64,000 bases of DNA, taken from Candidatus Krumholzibacteriales bacterium. GTDB lineage: Bacteria; Krumholzibacteriota; Krumholzibacteriia; Krumholzibacteriales; WJIX01. This document shows positions 40,352 through 49,136 of this stretch, piece by piece (positions within the stretch are counted from its first letter, which is position 1; each line of letters opens with the position of its first letter). Position numbers and translations under genes: made by a program. Where the stretch lies: contig JAWODM010000004.1 in the NCBI GenBank assembly GCA_046483305.1, positions 1 through 64,000 of the forward strand, given 5' to 3'. A model generated the notes under the pieces. That model did no database searches, was not told the DNA's origin, and was given only the letters and a program-made list of their open reading frames with translations.

Positions 40352-41479
40352 ATGGCTGTTGAGAATTTCGAATTGAGAGAAGAGGTAAAGCGGGGAAAGG
40401 AGAACTATTTTCTTCATACTACTTTTCAGCCTGATGATGAGTTAATAAGAACCCGGTTCTATAAACAGGGCCAGTGTTTTAACACGGAAATCAGGGCGCT
40501 TGACCCGGGGCTGGAAACAGGAGACGAGGCGGTAGGGGCCGCAAAATCATTTCATAATAAGAACAGGGACGATTTCATTCTGCTCCTTGATACCCGCGAA
40601 AAGATAAGAAGTTCCGAGAGAAGCAGTGAACATATCAAGATGGCAAGAGCCCTATACCTTAAGAATCTGTTTATGGAAGCTATCGAGGAGGCGGAGGCGG
40701 CTATAGAGAAGGGAGAACAGGGCGCAGAACCTTATAAGATTATAGCGGATGCGCGGTTCGGCCTTGATCAGCTGGATGACGCGATGAAAGCGGTTGACCG
40801 GGGCCTGAAATTGACTGACGGCTATCCCGATCTGTACAACCTGAAGGGAAAGATATACCTGCGCAGGGACCAGTGCAGACAGGCAATGAAATCTTTCAGC
40901 AGGGCTACGGAAATAAACTGTTATTACGGTGAGCCGTACCTGAATATTCTGCGCGCATACGCCCGGAATTCCCTGATAAAACAGGATTATGAACTTTCCC
41001 GCGACATGAAGAAGGATTTCGGCAAATACCTCGATAAGGCCGCTTCATTGAACCCCGGCCTGAATGCGAAAACGGTGAGGCGTATCAAGCAACTTGCGGG
41101 GGAGGATGATTTTGAGGGGGTCCTGGAACAGCTTCAGGCAGAAGGGCTCAAGAACGGGAGCAGGGATGTTGATAACGTAATTATTTCTCTGTACATAACT
41201 CTGCTCAGAAGCGGAACCGGAATAAATGAGGAGGAAATAGATCATTATCTGGGGAAAATTGAGAAATTAATAAACCAGAATCCCAATTATCCCGATCTTT
41301 TCAATTCTCTGGGAGTCCTGTATGTCGCCAAGAGCAAGGTAATAATGGATAAAGCCGGCCGGGCCTTCAATCAGGCGTTGGAAATAAACAGTGATTACGA
41401 AAAAGCAAAGAGAAATATACGGCTCAGCGACAACGAAAGACAGGGAATTTTTATACTGTTAAAGGCGTTATTGGACTGA
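40352..41479 (+). CDS. cytoplasmic TPR-repeat protein
   Basis: YPDLYNLKGKIY and YPDLFNSLGVLY...ALEINSDYEKAKRN; no signal peptide. Confidence 0.8.
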   Translation: MAVENFELREEVKRGKENYFLHTTFQPDDELIRTRFYKQGQCFNTEIRALDPGLETGDEAVGAAKSFHNKNRDDFILLLDTREKIRSSERSSEHIKMARALYLKNLFMEAIEEAEAAIEKGEQGAEPYKIIADARFGLDQLDDAMKAVDRGLKLTDGYPDLYNLKGKIYLRRDQCRQAMKSFSRATEINCYYGEPYLNILRAYARNSLIKQDYELSRDMKKDFGKYLDKAASLNPGLNAKTVRRIKQLAGEDDFEGVLEQLQAEGLKNGSRDVDNVIISLYITLLRSGTGINEEEIDHYLGKIEKLINQNPNYPDLFNSLGVLYVAKSKVIMDKAGRAFNQALEINSDYEKAKRNIRLSDNERQGIFILLKALLD

Positions 41480-41523
41480 ACTTTGCAATAAAACTTATTG
41501 AGGTTTAATAAGGCAGTTTTCTT

Positions 41524-41895
41524 ATGAATGAATTGCAAATTGAAGAAGAAATTATCAAGGGAGTGGTGGTTATAAAGCTTTCCGGGCTGGTTGATTCCGC
41601 CAATTCCCATTTGCTGGAGAAAAAATTGAGTGAACTGATTGATCAGGGCCACGTCAAGCTTGTATTCGACCTGAGTGATATAGATTACATCAGTTCGGCG
41701 GGTTGGGGTATATTCGTAAGCGAGATGAAGGGTATAAGAGAAAAAGATGGCGACCTTAAACTCTCAGGGATGGCTCCGGATGTGAGAGATGTTTTTGAGC
41801 TTCTGGAGTTTGATTCCCTGCTGACGCCATATGATGATGTCAGTGAGGCAATTATAGATTTTGACGTAGAAAAGAGCAACGATTACGTGGAATAA
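41524..41895 (+). CDS. STAS-domain anti-sigma factor antagonist (RsbV/SpoIIAA-like)
   Basis: LSGLVDS...LVFDLSDIDYISSAGWG...VRDVFELLEF. Confidence 0.9.
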   Translation: MNELQIEEEIIKGVVVIKLSGLVDSANSHLLEKKLSELIDQGHVKLVFDLSDIDYISSAGWGIFVSEMKGIREKDGDLKLSGMAPDVRDVFELLEFDSLLTPYDDVSEAIIDFDVEKSNDYVE

Positions 41896-41920
41896 GGAAA
41901 GTTAAGAGGGTGGAACTACA

Positions 41921-42301
41921 ATGAACGATATAAACATCACTTTATCGAAACCTAAGAGTAATCCTGCTGTTACTATCGTCTCGGTGGATGGATTTATCGA
42001 TACCACTACTTCCGGAACCCTGGAGGATAGCATAAAGAAACTCTTGAAAAAGCAGAATTTCGATCTGGTTATTGATCTCGGCGGTGTGGATTATATAAGT
42101 TCGGCGGGCTGGGGTATATTTATAAGTGAAATAAGAAGAATAAGAGAGAACGGGGGAGACCTTAAACTTGCCGCTATGATGGGGGATGTTTATGAGGTTT
42201 TCGAACTTCTCGAATTTCAGACTATCCTCGAAAGTTATGATACAGTCGAAGAAGCGGTAGAAAGCTTCGGCAAGTATTCCAATCTGGTGAACAACAATTA
42301 G
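41921..42301 (+). CDS. STAS-domain anti-sigma factor antagonist (second paralog)
   Basis: VDGFIDT...LVIDLGGVDYISSAGWG...VYEVFELLEF. Confidence 0.9.
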   Translation: MNDINITLSKPKSNPAVTIVSVDGFIDTTTSGTLEDSIKKLLKKQNFDLVIDLGGVDYISSAGWGIFISEIRRIRENGGDLKLAAMMGDVYEVFELLEFQTILESYDTVEEAVESFGKYSNLVNNN

Positions 42302-42478
42302 GCTCCGCTGCAAAGCCCCGCGGGTTCCGGGCCGGCGGCATAAATTCACAGTACATCGAAACTGAAAGCGAAGTGCATCTGCCTGACCGGCAGTTTCATG
42401 CTCAGCATTATCCCTGAACCGGGAAATCTGCGGCTCGCCTGACAGGGCAGGCCGATTCGGGGCGGTAATCCTGCGCAC

Positions 42479-42507
42479 TTGAAGTGAAACTGATCATGAA
42501 GTAGAAT
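42479..42507 (+). promoter_or_regulatory. putative sigma70 promoter
   Basis: TTGAAG, 17 nt, TAGAAT upstream of the 42540 gene. Confidence 0.55.
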
Positions 42508-42539
42508 GAGTCAGTCGGAAAGGCGAATGGAGAATAAAG

Positions 42540-44693
42540 GTGTTTGAAGCTTTCAGGAATATCGAAGCGGATAATCTATACTGGGGAGCGGCGCTGGCTG
42601 CTCTCTTAACCGTGCTGGCATTCACTGTTTACCGCAGAACCTATCCGGAAATTTCCAGAGCCAGAAGGTTGATTCTGAGCGGTGCGAGAACCTTTCTTTT
42701 TATTTGCCTTATAATATTCCTGATAAACCCGGTGATTAATTTCTCACGCAGAAAGGCATTGGAGCCGGTCATTCCGGTTCTGATTGATAAATCGGGGAGC
42801 ATGGATATCGAGGGCGGTTCAGGAAGAAGCAGGAAAGCCATCGCTGACTCTATTCTGGTATTGATCAGAGAAACTGTGCCCGGAAGGTTTCAAGGCAGGG
42901 TGGAAACAATACCATTTGCCGGCGCTCTTATAACTGATGATATGGCAGATACAGATATGTCAGGGACAGACATAGAGGGAGCGGTCGGGGAAGTTATCAG
43001 CCGCTACAGATTTGAGAATCTTCCCTGTATCTTTCTGATATCAGACGGGGCAGATACCGGAGCGAACGAGTCCGCTGCGAAGCTGGATATTCCCGTTTAC
43101 AGCGTATGTGTGGGGGAGACACTTCGTGGAGGGGATATTACGATTGAGGATATAATTCACAGCGAAAGGGTTTTCTCGGGGATGGACTCGAGGATTGATG
43201 TAATAGCGACCTCTTCCGGACTGGAAGGAGGTTGGTTAGAGGCAGGGCTCTATGAAGAAGGCAAAGGCATAGACAGCGCGAGAACAGAGGCGTATTCGGG
43301 CAGCAGGGAGTACCGGTTTTCCCTGAACTATAATTCAGAGGAACCGGGCGAGCATATACTCGAGGTGAGGCTGAGATACGGCGGAAATGAGGTATCCGGA
43401 ACAGGCAGGGAGAAATTCAGCCTGAAGGTAATGGAAGAAACCAGCAGGATTCTTTATATCGATGAGTTTCCGGATTGGAATACAACTTTCCTGAGGGACC
43501 TGGCCGTAAGTATGGAAAGATACAGCTTCGATTTCATAACCAGAAACCCGTCCCGCGGCTATCTGAAGCTCAATGACTATTCAGGGTGGCGATTCCCGGA
43601 TAGCACCGGGAGACTGGATCGATACAGGCTGGTAATGATATCAGATGCGCCGGTTATTTTCTCAGATCCCTCCAGGGTGCGGATTCTGAAGGAATATGTG
43701 AAAGGGGGAGGTTCCGTTCTGTTGATGGCGGACCTGAATTCTCCTCTGATTTCGATGAGTTCATACCGGCCATTGAGTGATTTTCTGCCTGTAAGGACGG
43801 TTTCTGAACCGGAATTATTATCGGGAAATTTCTTTTTTGGTATTTCCAGAGAAGCAGGCAATCCGGTGGCGGTTGCAATGGCTGAGACCGGAACTGCCGG
43901 CAGAATTCCTCCTCTGCCATCAGTTATATCAGGTTATAAGGAAACCATGAGCGCGGAGGTTCCGCTGTATATTACCGGACGGAAGAATGAGCGTATTACC
44001 CCCATGTTCGCAATATCGGAGTATGGCGAGGGTTCCGCCGGTGTCCTTAACGGCATCGGTTTGTGGAGGTGGAGGCTCTCCGGCGAAGACGGCAGGACCG
44101 CTTATAACACACTTTTCTCTTCCCTGATACAGCACATGGCGGGAGGGAAAGAGAGTGGTAAACTCAGGATAGAAAGCTCCAGGAAAAGCTACAGTTTCGG
44201 GGAGACTCCCAGAATAAATGTAAGAAGCAGCAGGGGAGCGCTTATGGATGGAATCAAGGGCAGATTGTACGACCGGGATGGGAAGCTTATAAGAACTTTT
44301 CTTTTCAATCCCCGTTTCGATGAGGAGGGTATTTATTCAGCCGAGATACCATCGCTGCAGCCGGGCTATTACAGAGTTACCGGAAGAGAAATACTGGAAT
44401 CAGGGGGGGGGATGGCCGGTGAGACATGGTTTTCCGTCGACTCGCTTTCAGTTGAATTTGTAAGAAAGTCCGCTGACCCGGGTTTTCTCAGAGAACTTTC
44501 CGAAAGATCGGGGGGGAAACTGACAACAGCTGACAAAATAGATGAGGTTATAGCTGAAAATATAAGTAAAGACAAGGTATACAGAGAAGATGCCAGAACT
44601 GTTTCAATCAGGACCTCCACTCTGCTGCTTATGCTTATACTTGCTTCCGCGGTACTGGAATGGGTATTGAGAAAAGCCTGGGGGCTGGTATAG
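42540..44693 (+). CDS. membrane-anchored vWA domain plus GATase-like (Rossmann) domain protein
   Basis: Two N-terminal TMs, MIDAS-like IDKSGSM, TD and ISDG motifs, YVKGGGSVLL, GLWRWRL, C-terminal LEWVLRKAWGLV. Confidence 0.75.
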   Translation: MFEAFRNIEADNLYWGAALAALLTVLAFTVYRRTYPEISRARRLILSGARTFLFICLIIFLINPVINFSRRKALEPVIPVLIDKSGSMDIEGGSGRSRKAIADSILVLIRETVPGRFQGRVETIPFAGALITDDMADTDMSGTDIEGAVGEVISRYRFENLPCIFLISDGADTGANESAAKLDIPVYSVCVGETLRGGDITIEDIIHSERVFSGMDSRIDVIATSSGLEGGWLEAGLYEEGKGIDSARTEAYSGSREYRFSLNYNSEEPGEHILEVRLRYGGNEVSGTGREKFSLKVMEETSRILYIDEFPDWNTTFLRDLAVSMERYSFDFITRNPSRGYLKLNDYSGWRFPDSTGRLDRYRLVMISDAPVIFSDPSRVRILKEYVKGGGSVLLMADLNSPLISMSSYRPLSDFLPVRTVSEPELLSGNFFFGISREAGNPVAVAMAETGTAGRIPPLPSVISGYKETMSAEVPLYITGRKNERITPMFAISEYGEGSAGVLNGIGLWRWRLSGEDGRTAYNTLFSSLIQHMAGGKESGKLRIESSRKSYSFGETPRINVRSSRGALMDGIKGRLYDRDGKLIRTFLFNPRFDEEGIYSAEIPSLQPGYYRVTGREILESGGGMAGETWFSVDSLSVEFVRKSADPGFLRELSERSGGKLTTADKIDEVIAENISKDKVYREDARTVSIRTSTLLLMLILASAVLEWVLRKAWGLV

Positions 44694-44860
44694 AAAGATT
44701 TTAAACTCCGGTCTATATGATAGGCGGATAATTATTCCGCACGTTAACGGAAGAACGGGAATTCCGCTTCATTCACTATCGGTAATTTTTTTTGAAAAAA
44801 AGTTTGAACTTAATTTAAATAACGGTTAATCTGGAATATCGCCGTTGTGAGGAGGAGAAG

Positions 44861-46687
44861 GTGATGAGGTGTAAAGCCGGCGTTTTTTCTTATATTTCGA
44901 TCCCCGGGAAAGACCGGAACCCCCTTTCCGGGGTCAGTGCGTCAATTAATAATAATATAATTTCTTATTTCAACTGTTCCATTCTGCTGTTCTGCCTGCT
45001 GCCCGTTTCAGCCATTTCAGCAGGGGCTGAAATAGTTTTAAACGAGATATATTACGATCATCCGGGGCCGGATTCAGGAAGAGAGTATGTGGAAATTTAT
45101 AACAGGGCCGACCGGAGAATAAACCTATGCGGGATAAGGATTGAATTTGCGGACGGAAGAACAGGTAACTGCAGGCTGTTCTTTGAATTTGGCCCCAATC
45201 ATTATATTGACCCTCGTGGATGGGTATTGGCCGGCGGTGACAGTTCAAATACTTTCTCACCCCGGTGTGTTCTCGAGAACGGGCCGGATGCCGTTATCCT
45301 GAAGGACCGGGATTTGGTAATGGACCTGGTCGGCTACGGCGATCTTCAGTTATCCGGCCTGTTCGAGTCTGTTCCAGCTCCGGATGTCGAAGCTGGCCTC
45401 TCCCTGTCTCGAAAGCCAGACGGCGAAGATACTGATAACAACATGATGGATTTTGTTCCAGCAATACCTTCGCCCGGCTCGAAGAACTTCTACCTGAGGG
45501 ATATAGGTATTTCGGTTTCCTCTCAACGGCTTCTGCCGTGCAGGGGCGGGTTGCTGGATCCCTGTTTGACAGTTATTAATAACGGTTTAGAGCCGTTCAC
45601 GGGGTCTTTTGAGTTAATCATGGAAGGAGAGGATTATTGCAAGGGTATCCGCCTTGAATCACTGGAACCGGGAGGCGTTTTCCCGGTTGAGGCGGATGTA
45701 GCGGTGGCATCCTCGATGGATAGCCTTGAATTCACAGCATTCATAAGCGGGGATACCGGAGAGAACACAGGCAATGATACTGTCAGGCTATCGATTCTTA
45801 CCTCTCCCGGAAGTATCCTGATAAACGAGATAATGTACCGGCCCCGGCTTGACAGCTGCGAATGGATAGAGCTCTTTAACAACAGCAGCCGGAAAGTCAA
45901 TATAAGGGACTGGCGGATAAGTGACGCCAGAGAAAGGGACGTGTCGATTACTGAACAGGATACCTGGATCAGTGCCGGTTCTTACCTGATACTGGCCCAG
46001 GATCCGGAGAAGTTCGCGGAAGGGATGGAATCAGGAATATGCTCCGCGGAATTGAATGCTTCGTCAGAAAATAAATATAAGAACGGTTTATCCAATGGGT
46101 CAGGCCTTAACGTTATGGGAGTGGACGGCGGATGGCCGGTACTCAATGATTACCCCGGTTATTCCAGAAGGGAAGCAGTAACCCTTCTGGACAGCTCCGG
46201 AAGGGTGGCCGAGCAGGTAGAGTATATTGACCTGCTGGAAGGTGAAAGGGGAAGGTCCATCGAGCGATATTCCCCTATGGTATGCAGTTCGGCGCCGGGA
46301 GGGCTCTGGCACAGGTCGGCATCTCCCGACGGGTCCACCCCCGGGGCCGTCAACTCCGTATCCGGCGGCATAACCGGTTCTCTTTCCATAACCCCTAATC
46401 CCTTTTTTATTAACAGAGACCGCGCGGTGGAGATATCCGGGAAAATATGCTCAGGGGCAGAAGGATTTCTGGTACGGATATTCAGCCTTTCCGGGATGGA
46501 AGTGGCCAGGGTTTACGGCGAAAAACGGGGCGCGGAACATTTTTCGTCTCTCTGGAATGGTTATGACAGCGGCGGTAATCGGGTCGGTACGGGCCTGTAT
46601 ATATGCGTTGCCGAATATTTGTCGATGGGCGGCAGTGTGGTAAGGAGGGAAAAGGAATGCATCGCGGTTTCGTCCGGACCATTTTAG
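44861..46687 (+). CDS. lamin-tail-domain protein (2x LTD, CARDB-like, FlgD-like CTD); start uncertain
   Basis: IVLNEIYYD...EYVEIYN, ILINEIMY...EWIELFN, STPGAVNS, TPNPF...WNGYD..G..VGTGLYI. Confidence 0.8.
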   Translation: MMRCKAGVFSYISIPGKDRNPLSGVSASINNNIISYFNCSILLFCLLPVSAISAGAEIVLNEIYYDHPGPDSGREYVEIYNRADRRINLCGIRIEFADGRTGNCRLFFEFGPNHYIDPRGWVLAGGDSSNTFSPRCVLENGPDAVILKDRDLVMDLVGYGDLQLSGLFESVPAPDVEAGLSLSRKPDGEDTDNNMMDFVPAIPSPGSKNFYLRDIGISVSSQRLLPCRGGLLDPCLTVINNGLEPFTGSFELIMEGEDYCKGIRLESLEPGGVFPVEADVAVASSMDSLEFTAFISGDTGENTGNDTVRLSILTSPGSILINEIMYRPRLDSCEWIELFNNSSRKVNIRDWRISDARERDVSITEQDTWISAGSYLILAQDPEKFAEGMESGICSAELNASSENKYKNGLSNGSGLNVMGVDGGWPVLNDYPGYSRREAVTLLDSSGRVAEQVEYIDLLEGERGRSIERYSPMVCSSAPGGLWHRSASPDGSTPGAVNSVSGGITGSLSITPNPFFINRDRAVEISGKICSGAEGFLVRIFSLSGMEVARVYGEKRGAEHFSSLWNGYDSGGNRVGTGLYICVAEYLSMGGSVVRREKECIAVSSGPF

Positions 46688-47439
46688 CTTTTTATACGAT
46701 TATGTTACTGCCTTCGGTTATCAGCGCAGGGGGGAGTGTGTGGGAGATGGGGAGGGCCGGAACGGTTCACCCTGTTCTATATTCACCCGATATCAGGTGC
46801 GGCTTTGAGTTCAAGAAATATTCGGGGCTGGTATCATCGATATCCAACCCTTATTCGATACCCGGCCTTTACCGGATGTACATTGCCGGATTCTCCGGCT
46901 GGGAATACCTTGATATCCGGGTTTCCTGGTCTCATACCGCACACCGTCTATATCATAATGATATTTTCAGGATACGGTTGACTGCCACCCGGGCCGGCAG
47001 ATTGAGCTCGGGAATAGTACTCAGAGCTGACTCCAGAGGCGTGCAGGGAACCGGCAGGGAGAACCTTTTATTCGTAGAGGGGGTTGCCGCTTTCAGGGCT
47101 GGAGAGTTATTTTCCGCCGGCTGGGAGATGATATTGCATCATTCCGGGGGGTATCGCTTCCTCAGAAACAGGCTGATAATTTCATTTAAGATAGAGAGGC
47201 TGTCGATACTGGTCAACCGGGATGTATACGGCCAACGGGTTTCTGAAACAGCGGCCGGTTTAGAGTTAGCCCTCTCCGATCGATTATCCCTTCTCTCGGG
47301 ATACCGTTTCAGAACCGGGGAGATATCTTTCGGCATCTTTTGCTGGTTTAGCGGAAGCTGTTTTGGGATATCATGGAGTGACCATCCTGTCCTGGGAACC
47401 ACGGCGGGATGCGGGCTGGGAGGATTCAGGACCAGATGA
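46657..47439 (+). CDS. hypothetical exported protein, probable small beta-barrel (PorQ/PorV-like, weak)
   Basis: AGGAGG SD before ATG 46657, signal peptide, C-terminal SDHPVLGTT. Confidence 0.5.
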   Translation: MHRGFVRTILAFYTIMLLPSVISAGGSVWEMGRAGTVHPVLYSPDIRCGFEFKKYSGLVSSISNPYSIPGLYRMYIAGFSGWEYLDIRVSWSHTAHRLYHNDIFRIRLTATRAGRLSSGIVLRADSRGVQGTGRENLLFVEGVAAFRAGELFSAGWEMILHHSGGYRFLRNRLIISFKIERLSILVNRDVYGQRVSETAAGLELALSDRLSLLSGYRFRTGEISFGIFCWFSGSCFGISWSDHPVLGTTAGCGLGGFRTR

Positions 47440-49091
47440 TTCGGATTGCGCTGTCCATTGCATATCTGACCGCACTGATGGCGATACCTTCCGGTGGAAG
47501 GGCGGAAAGGATAACCGAAGACAAGGAACTGTTCGGGGAGCTCTCTCCGGAGCAGTACAGGATATTGAGGGAGTATGAGCGTCACCGGATAGACCTGGCT
47601 GACGGCGGGATTGAAGAGTTGCTCGATATTCCCGGATTTCCGCCAGGCCTGGCAGCCAGGATTTCGCAGCTGGAAAGAAAATACGGGAATAGATGGTTTG
47701 AGCATCTTAAGCCCCCGGAGAAAAAGCTTTTATACAGATACCGCAGATGGATAAAGCTGCCCGCTTCCGGTGACAGGTTCGATCTCGATGCCAGATTCAG
47801 CGCCAGGTCTTGCGGAAATGCCGGCAGGGAACGGTTCTTCGTCTCCGCCCGGGCCGGGGATTGGAAGGGTGTTTACAGATCTGAAATTTCAGACAACAGA
47901 AGAATAGCGACCGCAATGGTAAAAGCTGCTTTTGCGGGGGATGCATTTAGATTGTACGGCGGTGATTTCTGCCCGGATATACCACTGGGGCTTTTATCCT
48001 CTTCTTCTTTCTTCAGTTACCAGCATTCGAGCGGTTATCCCATCAGGAATTACAGGTGGGTCGGGACGGGAACCGGTTTCTACGGTAACTCTATGCGTGG
48101 CACCGCGCTCCAGCTGAAGGGAAGTTTCTTCAGGGTTGCCTGCTTCACCGGGAATCGGAGAAAATACGATTTTACCTACGAAAGAGAGAAAACCGCAGGC
48201 GCGGCTATGGAGTTTAATTGCAGAGCATACAGATACGGAGCAGCTGTCCTGAAAGGCGATGGAATCACCCTGAAAGGCTTTCATTTCAGGTATATACCTG
48301 ATGAAGGCCTGGACTTCGGTATTGAGGCGGCATTATCCCCTGGAGGGGAAACGGCCTGGTCGGCCGGCTTGAAATGCCGATTGAAAGGTTTCAGGGCCGG
48401 ATTTCTGCTTTACAGCGTGGGAAGCGGTTTCAGGAGCGGGATGGGTAAGATTCCGGGGGCCGGTACCTCGGTAGCCGGCGAAAAAAGAGGTATGGGAGCG
48501 TCCGCAAGGAAGAGATTGTATAGGGGGTTGTATGCGGCATTCTGCGCTGAGGGTATTGTGAAACGAACGTTTTATTCCAGGGAAAGGAAGGTTTCGGCCA
48601 GCGCGAGACTGGATGCCCGGAAGAAAGGCAGCAGTCTGATACTGGAATGGAAATTTGATTCCCTGGAAAAAGGAAGACTTGTTCCCTTCCCGCCCGTTCA
48701 GTCAGAAATAACGGACGGAAAAGGAAAAATCAAGTCAATCATAAACCTGCGGTTATCGAACCAGCTGCGCCTCAGGACATCCTGCAGGTACATTTACGGC
48801 AGTGATTGCGGAGTGATGATATATCCCTCAGCGCGGCTGAGCGCCTTTAATGGTTCTCTTCAGACTGATCTGGGGGTTGCACTATACAGCTCCGTTAAGG
48901 GTAATCCATTGTTCTACGCCTATGTCCCTTCCGCCAGAGGCGGTTATCCGTGGAAACGCCTCAGCGGAGAAGGAAGGTTTATGGCCGCCAGGATAAAATT
49001 CAAACTAAAGAACTTATCACTTTGTATTTCAATTAACGGGGAGAGCGGAGACGAACTTGAATCGGGTATACAGATATCCGCATTATTTTGA
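47436..49091 (+). CDS. ComEA-type helix-hairpin-helix domain fused to a probable beta-barrel
   Basis: IDLADGGIEELLDIPGFPPGLAARI; ends GIQISALF. ATGA coupling at 47436. Confidence 0.65.
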   Translation: MIRIALSIAYLTALMAIPSGGRAERITEDKELFGELSPEQYRILREYERHRIDLADGGIEELLDIPGFPPGLAARISQLERKYGNRWFEHLKPPEKKLLYRYRRWIKLPASGDRFDLDARFSARSCGNAGRERFFVSARAGDWKGVYRSEISDNRRIATAMVKAAFAGDAFRLYGGDFCPDIPLGLLSSSSFFSYQHSSGYPIRNYRWVGTGTGFYGNSMRGTALQLKGSFFRVACFTGNRRKYDFTYEREKTAGAAMEFNCRAYRYGAAVLKGDGITLKGFHFRYIPDEGLDFGIEAALSPGGETAWSAGLKCRLKGFRAGFLLYSVGSGFRSGMGKIPGAGTSVAGEKRGMGASARKRLYRGLYAAFCAEGIVKRTFYSRERKVSASARLDARKKGSSLILEWKFDSLEKGRLVPFPPVQSEITDGKGKIKSIINLRLSNQLRLRTSCRYIYGSDCGVMIYPSARLSAFNGSLQTDLGVALYSSVKGNPLFYAYVPSARGGYPWKRLSGEGRFMAARIKFKLKNLSLCISINGESGDELESGIQISALF

Positions 49092-49136
49092 TTATCGGCT
49101 GCAATCTGGAATCAATTCTGCACTATATAAGAATTC

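Noticed and set aside
42407..42469. 6S RNA or SRP RNA
   Set aside because: CCCTGAACC is reminiscent of 6S, but I could not build the long closing stem with central bubble or find the SRP loop motif.
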